Of a DNA stretch of 32,000 nucleotides, positions 9,425 to 17,894 are shown one piece after another. Position 1 is the first letter of the stretch. The number at the start of each line of letters is the position of its first letter. The stretch covers positions 651,556 through 683,555 of the forward strand of contig JALHOH010000001.1 in assembly GCA_022843095.1 (NCBI GenBank), read 5' to 3'. The notes beneath the pieces were generated by a model that saw only the letters and a program-made list of their open reading frames with translations, was not told the origin of the DNA and ran no database searches. Source of the stretch: Candidatus Saccharimonadota bacterium. Lineage in GTDB: Bacteria; Patescibacteriota; Patescibacteriia; 2-12-FULL-60-25. The position numbers were made by a program, and so were the translations under genes.

Positions 9425-9655
9425 TCACGCTGAACAGCCGCCGTGAAGATGGCGCCCGCACCGACCGCAGCCAGAGCAGCAGAGCACATCCTCGAGTTTG
9501 CACGATGAGCAACGCGCCGCCTTCGGCAACAACATTGGCGCGAACGCCCCCTTGCACCCCGTGTGCAGGTGTTCGCCGCACCGGCCGCATGAAGAGCAGC
9601 AGAGCACTCCGGATCGAAGATCCTCGCAGCACACGGCCTTGATCGCGTTGATCAT
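9425..9655 (-). CDS. 76-aa Cys/His-rich peptide with an internal tandem duplication
   Basis: MINAIKAVCCEDLRSGVLCCSSCGRCGEHLHTGCKGAFAPMLLPKAARCSSCKLEDVLCCSGCGRCGRHLHGGCSA has 14 Cys and 4 His. The motif VLCCSxCGRCGxHLHxGC occurs twice, 40 codons apart, and is also visible as a DNA repeat at about 9457-9487 and 9577-9607. Codons are mostly G/C-ending, which favours this frame over the overlapping Arg-rich 199-aa ORF 9357..9956. Confidence 0.55.
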   Translation of the reverse strand: MINAIKAVCCEDLRSGVLCCSSCGRCGEHLHTGCKGAFAPMLLPKAARCSSCKLEDVLCCSGCGRCGRHLHGGCSA

Positions 9656-9855
9656 GATTCAAACGGTATCGCGCCCTCGTGTCGGTGGGGGAGGGGCTAG
9701 CCTCGCAAACCAACGCCGGGCGACGGCGCGAGGCGGGATCGCAGTCGAAGGCGATCGCTGTCGCGGCGTCAATAGCGACCCCAGCTCTTGGCGTTGTTGC
9801 TTCCCGTGGGCTGGTTTCGCGCAGTGGTCCAGAGATTGGCAAACGAGCAACGCGC

Positions 9856-10461
9856 TTACGGTTCCAGGCCCCATGTCGTGGTTCCAAAGAGCCGTCCGCC
9901 GGTGTCCGTCGGTCCTCGACCGACGAACGAACGATCGGAAAGCCGCGCGACAACAACGTCGATGTGTGGCTTTTCGCTCACGAGCAGTTCAACCGTTGGT
10001 CGATAGCCGACGAGCGCGACGATCACGATCTGTTTTACGCCCAGCTTTTCAAGAGGATCGAGCAATGCGCGCAGCGACTTGCCCGTGTTGATGACTGCAT
10101 CGACCACCACGACCACCCGATTGGACGCGGGCAGCACAGGCGGCGTGTCCGCGCGGCTGTCGTGGAGGACAAGTGAGCTTCGAGCGAATCGCTCCCACAC
10201 TCCTTCGGCGAGAAAGAGTCCGGCGCGCAGCATGGCGAGAACGATCGGCTCTTCCCCTTCGCGAATGCGAACCCCGACCGACGTGCCGGTGACGTGTTCG
10301 ATGGTGGCTTCCTCGAGCGTCACGTGCCTCGCGACGCATGACGCGAGCGCGCGACCGACCTCACGGTGAGCGTGAGCAAGCGCGGCTCCATGCGTCTCTG
10401 CGCGGCGAGTCACATCAACCAGCAGTCGGATCATTGGGTCAGCGGTGTGATCGATCAGCAT
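9856..10461 (-). CDS. uracil phosphoribosyltransferase-like (type I PRTase) protein
   Basis: IVLAMLRAGLFLAEG matches the UPRT ILRAGLGM motif. VVVVVDAVINTGKS is the PRPP-binding loop. The C-terminal GPTDTGGRLFGTT matches UPRT GLGDAGDRxFGT. The ATG at 10461 overlaps the end of the HAD gene by 23 nt. Confidence 0.8.
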   Translation of the reverse strand: MLIDHTADPMIRLLVDVTRRAETHGAALAHAHREVGRALASCVARHVTLEEATIEHVTGTSVGVRIREGEEPIVLAMLRAGLFLAEGVWERFARSSLVLHDSRADTPPVLPASNRVVVVVDAVINTGKSLRALLDPLEKLGVKQIVIVALVGYRPTVELLVSEKPHIDVVVARLSDRSFVGRGPTDTGGRLFGTTTWGLEP

Positions 10462-11197
10462 GATTTTGTCCTCCTTCGAGTACCAGTTGAATCAGACGGT
10501 CAGCAGTACACCTCGGGAGTCCCTCGAACCGGCGCTCGTCGACGACGAGATGATGCACTCCGCGGACGCGATGGAGTTCTTTGCGAAGCGTTGGGCTCCC
10601 CTTTGGATCCGGAACAAACAGCGCGGCGTCTGCGCGCATAAGCATCGGCAAGTCGATGGGGCTGTCGCCCGCCGCTGCGACGCGGAGTCCATGCTCCTGC
10701 ACGATCGCTACGAGCTCCGCTTTGGTTTCGGGGCACACAAGGTAGGGATCGAGCGCTTGGTTGCATCCGCCAACTACGAGCGCGTCGAAGTGCCTCGCGT
10801 CTGTGAGAATCCTGCGCCATACGTGCGGGATGCCCGCCGTGACCACGACTACGGGAACGCGTCCCCGAACCGCTTCGAGAATCGTGTCCCATGCCGCATG
10901 GATCTTGGTCGTGTCCGCGACCTCCGTGATCGCAGCGAAGTAGCGCTCGTTGTCAACGCAGCCCCAGATTGCCGCCACGCGCGAGAATGCTGCCTCGGAA
11001 TATCCGTGGGTCTCGAACGCCGCACGGATCTCTTCATTGACACCCAAGATTCGACCGACGCGTCGACCTGTGTCGTCGGGCGAGAGGGTGCGGTCGGCGT
11101 CGATGACCAGACACCAGCCGCCTCGCGCGTGATCTCGCAAGTACGGGCTGAGCGTGCGCTCGAGTTCTTGTCGTGTTGGGCGGCGAAGTGGCATCAC
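10439..11197 (-). CDS. HAD-superfamily (HAD-IB/SerB-like) phosphatase
   Basis: Motif I is LVIDADRTL (DxDxT). Motif II is VVVVTAG. A Lys lies in CPETKAEL. Motif IV is AAGDSPIDLPML (GDxxxD). The start (GTG 11197 or ATG 11194) overlaps the stop of the upstream kinase-like gene. Confidence 0.8.
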   Translation of the reverse strand: MMPLRRPTRQELERTLSPYLRDHARGGWCLVIDADRTLSPDDTGRRVGRILGVNEEIRAAFETHGYSEAAFSRVAAIWGCVDNERYFAAITEVADTTKIHAAWDTILEAVRGRVPVVVVTAGIPHVWRRILTDARHFDALVVGGCNQALDPYLVCPETKAELVAIVQEHGLRVAAAGDSPIDLPMLMRADAALFVPDPKGSPTLRKELHRVRGVHHLVVDERRFEGLPRCTADRLIQLVLEGGQNHADRSHR

Positions 11198-11781
11198 GAG
11201 AGCTGCGCATGTGTGTCGAGGAAATCCGAGAGCGCTCGGAGGCGGTCGGACAGCGTGGGGACAACCAGGACGAGAAATGGAACCCCCATCGATGCTGCAA
11301 GCCGGGCCGCTTCTTCGCGTTCTGCCGCGAGGTGCTCCTCGATCTCGGCGAGCGATTCTTGCTCACGAATTCGTGTGTCTCCGCTCCTCCATGATTCGAC
11401 TAGCTCGGCGCGGGCGTCGAGCAGCAGCAGCGCGTCGTAGAAGGCGCGGTCGCCCGGAGTAAAGATCGGTTCGACGGTCCTTGTCGTTCGGTTTCTGAGG
11501 GTGAAGTGTCCATCGACGAGCAGCCGACCAGGCGTCGTTCTACGCACGTCGCGCAGCTTGGTGATCGCTGCTTCACGAACCGCCACTCGACGTGCCGCGG
11601 GCCAGCTGTCGAGTTCTCGGACGGATGAAGGAGCGATGATCGCTTTGACGATCGACGAGCCAATGAGATGACGATCACGGAGTTCGTGCCCGCGCACGTG
11701 GGCCTCGAGGAGCGATGTCTTCCCAACGCCGGGAACGCCGCCAATACAAACGGAAAAGCCGTGCTCTAGTCGCAACTTCAT
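11194..11781 (-). CDS. P-loop NTPase, adenylate/nucleoside-kinase-like
   Basis: I chose ATG 11781 (MKLRLEHGFSVCIGGVPGVGKTSLLEA, Walker A) because GAGGGA lies 5 nt upstream. LLVDGHF is typical of small-molecule kinases of the AK/AAA_18 type. The 5' extension of the track ORF (to 11937) looks non-coding. Confidence 0.75.
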   Translation of the reverse strand: MKLRLEHGFSVCIGGVPGVGKTSLLEAHVRGHELRDRHLIGSSIVKAIIAPSSVRELDSWPAARRVAVREAAITKLRDVRRTTPGRLLVDGHFTLRNRTTRTVEPIFTPGDRAFYDALLLLDARAELVESWRSGDTRIREQESLAEIEEHLAAEREEAARLAASMGVPFLVLVVPTLSDRLRALSDFLDTHAQLS

Positions 11782-12046
11782 GAGGGTCCCTCGCGTGATG
11801 TGATGCATGGAAGAGGAGCGACTCTCTCCGTGCTCGATGAGACGAACTGAATCATCGGGCGCGGACTTCCTGTTGAGTGAGTGTTTCGCCGGACAGGGGG
11901 TGTTCCTCTCTACACGCGTGCGGAAAGCCTCCGGCACTCCTTCGCGGTGAGGTTGGAACGGCTTCGAACGGTTGTCTCGAGCGCGTCAGCGTTGTACGCA
12001 GAGCGGGGAGCAGTGCCATCCTTGTCACCATGCTCGAGGTCGCGCG

Positions 12047-12868
12047 TCAGCCACCGGCGAGTCGCGCCAGCGTCTCGTCGAACCACGCGAGCGCGCTGAA
12101 CTGGAGGCGTTCGAGTCGATCGTCCGGTTGGACGCCCGCGCGAACGGTCGGAAGCCCCATCATCGGTGTGCAGGTCGCGCACGATGGCAGCGCGCTCGGT
12201 TGGTGGAGATACGCCTCGAGGTCCGCGAGCGTCGTTGCGTCGTCGAGCGCGAGCCCTTCATCGTCGCGGCGCAGCTTGGGGATTCGCGAACAGGCAAACA
12301 ATCGCCCCCTCTCGATCGTGACGCAGTGACGACGATACCAACAGGTGTCGTAGAGTCGTTGAGCGCGCTCCGCGGAGACCCGCTGGATCGTGGACCAAGC
12401 GTCCCAACCATCGTCGTTACGGCGGACGCAAACTTCCACATGAGGAGCAACGATCGTGAGCCACAGACGCCACGAGTCGAGGAGCTGCGCTGAAAGGCCG
12501 TAGTCGCTGATCGTGAGCCGTTGGATGGCCGCAAGCGTGGCCGCGGTGACTCCGCGAGGTGTGAGGCCATTGGTTACGACCTCGATGCGATTTGCTGTGG
12601 CTGTGGCTCGAAAGGCCGTCACCGCCCGTTCGAGTAGCGGACCGTTGATTGTTGGCTCTCCCCCAAGCACGGCTAGGCTGTCGATTTTCACGCCGAGTTT
12701 GCGAAGGTGCACGAGCGCGGTTGCATGCTCCTCGACGGGGTCTCCCTGAGCAGGCATCGGCTGCTCGGGGACGAGAAACCCACACTCGGCGCACGCGAGG
12801 GTGCAGAACGGCGTGATCGAGACCTCGACCTCGCGGAGACGATGTTCAGCGAGAATTTTCAGCGGCAT
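12047..12868 (-). CDS. radical SAM enzyme (subfamily unresolved)
   Basis: SITPFCTLACAECGF carries the CxxxCxxC cluster motif. LAVLGGEPTIN is a GGE-type SAM motif. VVTNGL and LTISDYG follow. Additional C-terminal Cys (CWYRRHC, then C 10 residues later, then CATC) may bind an auxiliary cluster. A strong SD (GAGGAGG) lies upstream of ATG 12868. Confidence 0.8.
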   Translation of the reverse strand: MPLKILAEHRLREVEVSITPFCTLACAECGFLVPEQPMPAQGDPVEEHATALVHLRKLGVKIDSLAVLGGEPTINGPLLERAVTAFRATATANRIEVVTNGLTPRGVTAATLAAIQRLTISDYGLSAQLLDSWRLWLTIVAPHVEVCVRRNDDGWDAWSTIQRVSAERAQRLYDTCWYRRHCVTIERGRLFACSRIPKLRRDDEGLALDDATTLADLEAYLHQPSALPSCATCTPMMGLPTVRAGVQPDDRLERLQFSALAWFDETLARLAGG

Positions 12869-13168
12869 GCAGATTCCTCCTCACCGTCAATCGTGGGTGT
12901 GATCCAACAACGCTGCGGTCGCGGCTGTGTCTCGCGTTGGTGAGCGTCGTACGCCTCGCACGGGGAGCTGCGTCTGCTCGCTTGGGGCCCTTCGTCGGCG
13001 AACACAGTGCCGTCCTCGTCGGAAGCGCGACCGCGCGAAGGATCAGCGATTTGTGGAATGTTGTGCAGATCGAGCGATGGAGTGCGTGGGATGCACTGTG
13101 TCGGGCTCGAGGCAGTTGAGGAAAGTCGCACAGCATAGGCGCGTTGAACCTTTTTCGACGTTGTGAAG

Positions 13169-13345
13169 CTACGCCGCGCGCTTTGCGGACTTTGCCGGTC
13201 TCGTCGGAGTTGCAGGCGAGGGCAGCGCAGAGGCGGGGAGGTGGCCAAGCTTCACTCTGTTCGCGATGTCCGCAGCGTATGCTGCGGTCTTCGGATCTTT
13301 GACGATGCTTCGCTGATCGTTTGGGGAGGGATGGTGTTTCGACAT
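13169..13345 (-). CDS. possible small ORF (58 aa), unknown function
   Basis: MSKHHPSPNDQRSIVKDPKTAAYAADIANRVKLGHLPASALPSPATPTRPAKSAKRAA, with AAGGA 7 nt upstream of ATG 13345. It lies in the 600-bp divergent intergenic region between the radical SAM gene and the 916-aa gene. It is weakly supported. Confidence 0.3.
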   Translation of the reverse strand: MSKHHPSPNDQRSIVKDPKTAAYAADIANRVKLGHLPASALPSPATPTRPAKSAKRAA

Positions 13346-13471
13346 CGCGGGGTCCTTTGGCGGAGAGCGAATCGGCGACTGATTCGCCGGTGTGCTCGCA
13401 GGGGACGATGCACCGACGATCTTGCTGACGCAACTCTGCAAATCAATGCATCGATTGCAGTTTGTTGCATC

Positions 13472-16222
13472 ATGGAATTGCAATCGCATTGCGTGGCGCC
13501 GTACGGTCACTCCGTGGACGTCAAGAAGCGGATCGAGCGAACGGGTGCATCGAACGACGAGCTTGCGCGACGCGTGATGGAGTACGTCGCAAAGGGCCCT
13601 GGCTACGAGCATCGGGTGAGTGCGCGATCGCTCGGCGCGAAGATTGGAGAGCTCGCGAGGGGTACCGAAACGTGGTGGCGAAGCCCGAAGCAAGCGAACT
13701 ACCTCGACGCGCTTGCTCGCGAGCTGGAGTGCGATAGAGACGACCTCGTCGCACCGATCGAAGCGCGGCGTCCGCAGCCTGTCATCGTTGAGTTTCCCGA
13801 GCTTGCAGTCGAAGCGCTCGCTCCACTCGCCCCGCTCTACGGCGAGCAAGCGCTCAGCGACATCGTTGCGGCACAGCTTGGAACTGGCGGCTTCTCGTGG
13901 CTGGTTGTGCCTGACGGCGGTGGAAAGAGTCTCGCCCTCGAGTTTCTACGCCGCGTACGAATCGACGTGGTGACCATGTCGGCCCACACGCTCTACGAGG
14001 TCAGCGAACGAATCGACGCCAACCGACGTACTGCGATCGACCTCGACCGCCCCGACGCTCGCACTGACAACTTGCTCGTGCGGCGACTGCGCGAAGCGAA
14101 GTCAGTGTGCGTGCTCGCGCCGTTCCCGCCTCCGACAGCGCTTGTTGGAATCGTACGTGCCTTCGCGCTGCAGCTGCAGTCCGACTGGCGGCAGCGTCTG
14201 TTCTCGTGGCTGAACGCACAGCACCCTGAAAACAAGAGACTCGACGCGAAGGAGTGGGAGATCTTCCTGGAGCACTTCGACCCCGACCTGGTGCGTGTCG
14301 TGACTCCCGCCGATCTCCTTTCGTTGCTCGGCTGCGCGTTCTCGCTCGGCATCCCAACGAGCAAGACGAAATACGGCGAGCTCGCTCGTCGCGCGGTCGC
14401 TGCGCGCGTTCAGCAGTCCGGCCCCGGCGCGCCTTGGCTGTCGCGTCACGGTGCTGCGGCGTTCGAGGCGTTGGTGCGTCAGCGCTTCGAGTCTGTCGCG
14501 TGGCGCTCGTCGCTTCCCGATGATGCGTGGGCGACGCTGCTGCGCCCAGAGCACTGCCCTGCACCCGATGGAAAGCAGCTCCGAGCGCTGAGCGAGCGCG
14601 TGAAGCTCGGCGCGAAGAGCGCGCGCGACGCTAAAACGATCGGCGACGAGATCGCGGAGCTTGCCTCACGAGCCGATTCAATGACGGCGATCGCATCACT
14701 TCGCGCAAGCGGCCTCTTCGCTCGCACGGCGGATGGATCTCTGGAGCCATCGCCTACATGGGTACGCGACGCGCTCGAGGGGGAGCGCGCCGACCTGCTC
14801 GTTGCAGAGGGATCGATCGAACAGTTGGGGCGCGTCTGTGCTGACGTTTCGCGGCGGCCGCTGATGGATGCAGCACTGCTTCGACTGCCGCCGCCGAAGC
14901 TGGTTCAGCTCATCGTTCGTGCGCTCGCCGAGGTCGAAGCCACACTCGGCGTCGTGGCTACGATCGAGGCCCTGTTCGAGGCGGCCGGGCACCGAATGCA
15001 CGAAGGCTGGACGCCAACAAACGAGCAACTCCCAACGCTTCGCGCGCTCGGGCTTCGACAGTGGCAATTGCTGCGCGCGCTGCCATCCTTACCTGCGACA
15101 CAGCAGCACCTGCCGTTGACGCGTCGATCCGTGCGCGAGGGCGACGGACGCAGCGCAGAGTGGCTTGCTGCTGCATGGAGGTTCACGCTCACGGTCCCGC
15201 TGGTCGAGCCCGCGACAGTCGAGTTCGACTGGCGTTTTGCCGGTTGGAAGCGGCCCCTCACGTTCGCAGACCTTGCTGAACATCTGCCGTTTCCGTACCT
15301 CGCGGTGTACGCGCCATCCCCGAACGGACACGCTTCTGTGATCCCTGGTTTCGACGCGCGGCCGCTCTCGCGAGAGGAGAGACGCCTCCATCTGCCGCTC
15401 GCAGAGCTCGGACGAGAGCTACTCGAGCGGGTCACCGACTCGTCGATCGGCGACAACATCCCGCTTGGGCTCTTCGCGCCAGCTCTTCTGGTTGCACGTA
15501 CCAAGGGATGGCGCTTCGCCCGGCAGCACTTGGAGTCGCTCTTCGATTCCCGCGTGCTCGACGTCCTCTTCGCGTGGGTGCCTGAGGAGGACGACGAGTG
15601 GACGGGACTCGCCCCGTGGTTCTGGTCGATGTGGCGCGACGAGATGCCGAACGAGAAACGCACGCTCGACTACCTCTTGAAGCTCGACATGCGACTCGTG
15701 CGCGTGCTCGTTCGCAACCTTTCGTCAGCGAGCCTCGTCGATGGTTGCCCTGTCTTCCCACCTCCGCGGCTCGTCGACCTGCTGCACGACCTCGGTCGTG
15801 CGGAGGTCGTGAGGGACATCGCGCACCGCAGCCTCCGAGCGATCATCAACGCAGCATTTCCACGGCCAAGCACGGAGGAACTGTCGAAGATGATCGCGCT
15901 CGTCGGCGATGAAGACCTCGACGTGCTCGTCGAGTGCGCGACGGACGCGTACTGGTTCGGAGTGCAAGCTGCAGCGAGGGTATGGGAACTCGACGCCGAC
16001 CGCGCGCTGCAAGCGCTGCAGTTGGCGCTGACTCACGCGGAGGCAACACGCGCGTACGCGTGGCTCGTTAGCGCTCCGAAGCTACAGTGGGAGCGCGTGC
16101 TCGATGCGATCGACGCTGCACCGTCAGCGGCCGGCGCCGTGCGGTGGTTGAGCGATAGTCTTTCGCAGGCGGAGGGTCTCGCTCCGCGTATGTTCGAAGC
16201 TTGGTTGCGGCTCAAGGAGTGA
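13472..16222 (+). CDS. large orphan protein (916 aa): HTH-like N-terminus, degenerate P-loop, long helical C-terminal region
   Basis: I start at ATG 13472 (MELQSH...) because the upstream 103 codons are Arg/Cys-rich junk. The N-terminus ASNDELARRVMEYV...VSARSLGAKIGELARG resembles an Xre-type HTH. WLVVPDGGGKSLALEF is a Walker-A-like loop that deviates from [AG]xxxxGK[ST]. TAIDLD may be a Walker B. The remaining roughly 650 aa are Leu/Ala-rich and helical with no motif I recognise. Confidence 0.7.
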   Translation: MELQSHCVAPYGHSVDVKKRIERTGASNDELARRVMEYVAKGPGYEHRVSARSLGAKIGELARGTETWWRSPKQANYLDALARELECDRDDLVAPIEARRPQPVIVEFPELAVEALAPLAPLYGEQALSDIVAAQLGTGGFSWLVVPDGGGKSLALEFLRRVRIDVVTMSAHTLYEVSERIDANRRTAIDLDRPDARTDNLLVRRLREAKSVCVLAPFPPPTALVGIVRAFALQLQSDWRQRLFSWLNAQHPENKRLDAKEWEIFLEHFDPDLVRVVTPADLLSLLGCAFSLGIPTSKTKYGELARRAVAARVQQSGPGAPWLSRHGAAAFEALVRQRFESVAWRSSLPDDAWATLLRPEHCPAPDGKQLRALSERVKLGAKSARDAKTIGDEIAELASRADSMTAIASLRASGLFARTADGSLEPSPTWVRDALEGERADLLVAEGSIEQLGRVCADVSRRPLMDAALLRLPPPKLVQLIVRALAEVEATLGVVATIEALFEAAGHRMHEGWTPTNEQLPTLRALGLRQWQLLRALPSLPATQQHLPLTRRSVREGDGRSAEWLAAAWRFTLTVPLVEPATVEFDWRFAGWKRPLTFADLAEHLPFPYLAVYAPSPNGHASVIPGFDARPLSREERRLHLPLAELGRELLERVTDSSIGDNIPLGLFAPALLVARTKGWRFARQHLESLFDSRVLDVLFAWVPEEDDEWTGLAPWFWSMWRDEMPNEKRTLDYLLKLDMRLVRVLVRNLSSASLVDGCPVFPPPRLVDLLHDLGRAEVVRDIAHRSLRAIINAAFPRPSTEELSKMIALVGDEDLDVLVECATDAYWFGVQAAARVWELDADRALQALQLALTHAEATRAYAWLVSAPKLQWERVLDAIDAAPSAAGAVRWLSDSLSQAEGLAPRMFEAWLRLKE

Positions 16223-16481
16223 TCTGCTCCTCAATCGGCGCTCGTGAAATGCACAACATTCGATCGTCGTGGCAGCGATCTGCCCTCCCTGTCGTTTGAT
16301 TGGAACATGCCCGCCTCCACGGTGAGCCGTTGCTCTCGGTGGGCGTCGAGCCCTCCACAAAAGGAAAAGCGCACGAGGCAGGGAACGCGGTGGTGCTCGT
16401 CTGTGGAGAGCCGTGAGCTGTTCTCGTCGCTCGACTCGCGTTTGCGTTTGCTGCGTTCCGTCCGTGGTGCTCGGGGTTCGC

Positions 16482-17555
16482 TTATGGATCGACAGGGATA
16501 CCAGAGTCGGCGGCGGCTGAATCGGCGACATCCGGCGCTGCGCCTACATCCACGGCGGAGTCATCCGCATCGGTCGGCGTCGCGTCGGGAACTGCAGCGT
16601 CCGCACCGGCGTCTCCGTCTCGAACACACATCCCGCTTGGCTGCGGTTCGTCGAGCCGCTCGCAGCGAAAGCCCGGCGCACAGCCGTTGTTCGGCAGTGA
16701 GCTGAATCGCGCAAACAAGCAATTGAACGCGGAGCAGTAGCCCGTCGCACTTCGACCTCCCCCGCGATACTCGAAGAAGAGACAACGGTAGTTCGGGCGG
16801 CACTCGGAGTCCGCGCGGCACTCCTTGAAGCACTCCCCCCAATCGCCTTCATTGGCCTGAGATTCTGCGGGAACAAGCACGCTCCCTGCGGGGCAGTTCG
16901 ATCGCGGTAGCGGAATTCGTGGGCCGTAGAGCGCAGCGTCAGGCACCCGGCCGAAGCTCTCGCAATAGCCGTCGATCCAGCCCGTTGGCAGACCGTCGAA
17001 CTCTTCCGTGATACACGCGCCCCGGCAGTCTCCGTCTTCTCGGCACGGAGCGCCATTTTCGCCGAGATCCGGGTCGTGCGTGAACGTTGTGCACTCGCCA
17101 TAGCGCGTATAGGGATTGCACTGACGACCCGCGGTGCAGCTCGGCTCTCCTTCTGGAGGAGGTGTCGCGCACGACGGCAGACAGGCTCGGCGCTGGAGCC
17201 TGGTGCTGCTCTCGAACACGCACACGCGACTCGGCGAACACTCGCTGCCTCCGAGCGTGCAACCTGGCAAGCAGGTGCTCGCGATGCAGACGCCGCCCTC
17301 GCACTGCGAATCGTTGCTGCATGCTCGCGTACAAAGTCCGCCAGCGTATTCGAGCATGCACCGAGCGCGAGAGCCGCACTGGGCGTTGCTTGTACACTCC
17401 GAGAAGAGCGGTCGGCTTGTTGAGGCGTCTGCGACATCCGCGAGGCGAATATCGGTCGACGCGTCTTGCGCATCGACGTTTGCGTCAGCTCCGACCGCGG
17501 GTGCGCATCCAGCCACCGCGCAAGCCACGAACAAGGTGAATGACCGCCACTGCAT
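16482..17555 (-). CDS. secreted Cys-rich lipoprotein
   Basis: MQWRSFTLFVACAVAGCAPAVG is a signal peptide with lipobox VAGC. The mature part has many spaced Cys in repeated C-x-C/GxC contexts (SECTSNAQCGSRARC, CSNDSQCEGGVC, CREDGDCRGAC, CRADSECRPNYRC). The C-terminal tail is acidic and Ala/Asp-rich. Confidence 0.8.
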   Translation of the reverse strand: MQWRSFTLFVACAVAGCAPAVGADANVDAQDASTDIRLADVADASTSRPLFSECTSNAQCGSRARCMLEYAGGLCTRACSNDSQCEGGVCIASTCLPGCTLGGSECSPSRVCVFESSTRLQRRACLPSCATPPPEGEPSCTAGRQCNPYTRYGECTTFTHDPDLGENGAPCREDGDCRGACITEEFDGLPTGWIDGYCESFGRVPDAALYGPRIPLPRSNCPAGSVLVPAESQANEGDWGECFKECRADSECRPNYRCLFFEYRGGGRSATGYCSAFNCLFARFSSLPNNGCAPGFRCERLDEPQPSGMCVRDGDAGADAAVPDATPTDADDSAVDVGAAPDVADSAAADSGIPVDP

Positions 17556-17894
17556 GCACCCATGTTACCAGCCTGTGCTCGTGTTGGAGCGCTTCTGCTA
17601 GCGCGCGCGTGTTGAACATCTCTTGGTCTTCAACGCGACAGGTGCCCAACTGCAAACTGAAAGCAGGCGCGAAGAACGAAAAACCTATCGATTGCGATTG
17701 ATCGATTTCGAATGTAACGTGACGCACCTCCGCAATCAGGCACACGGAATCAACTGCCACGGTCGACCGCTGCGCATGTAGAAGAACCTCGAAAGCGTAG
17801 TCGGCACGGCGTTCTTTCTGTGAGGTGGATTCCGCGAATGGCGCGCTGACTCAAGACCCTCCAGTCGACTCCGCAACCGGAGCGCTGAAGAGCG

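Noticed and set aside
9357-9956. 199-aa ORF overlapping the 76-aa Cys-rich ORF and the end of the UPRT-like gene.
   Set aside because: The translation is Arg/Pro-rich with no motif. It overlaps the 3' end of the well-supported PRTase gene. The alternative 76-aa frame has better codon bias and a striking internal repeat. The choice remains uncertain without expression data.
13163-13471. 5' extensions of track ORFs: 13163-13471, 27589-27900, 29112-29732, 8675-8842, 11782-11937, 20152-20337, 26241-26441, 18318-19055 and 1029-1082.
   Set aside because: The extensions are Arg/Cys-rich or have poorer third-position GC. They often overlap the neighbouring gene. Internal start codons preceded by good Shine-Dalgarno sequences, or by ATGA/GTGA coupling, give proteins that begin where family N-termini normally begin.
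17714-17726. GTAACGTGACGCA upstream of the Cys-rich lipoprotein gene. It resembles the 25.5-kb repeat motif and raised the idea of a second att boundary defining a 17.7-25.7 kb island.
   Set aside because: It is a single copy. Only about 8-13 nt are shared and the flanking sequence does not match (GTGACGCACCTCCGC versus GTGACGCAGTCTCGC). A match of this length is plausible by chance in 32 kb of high-GC DNA.
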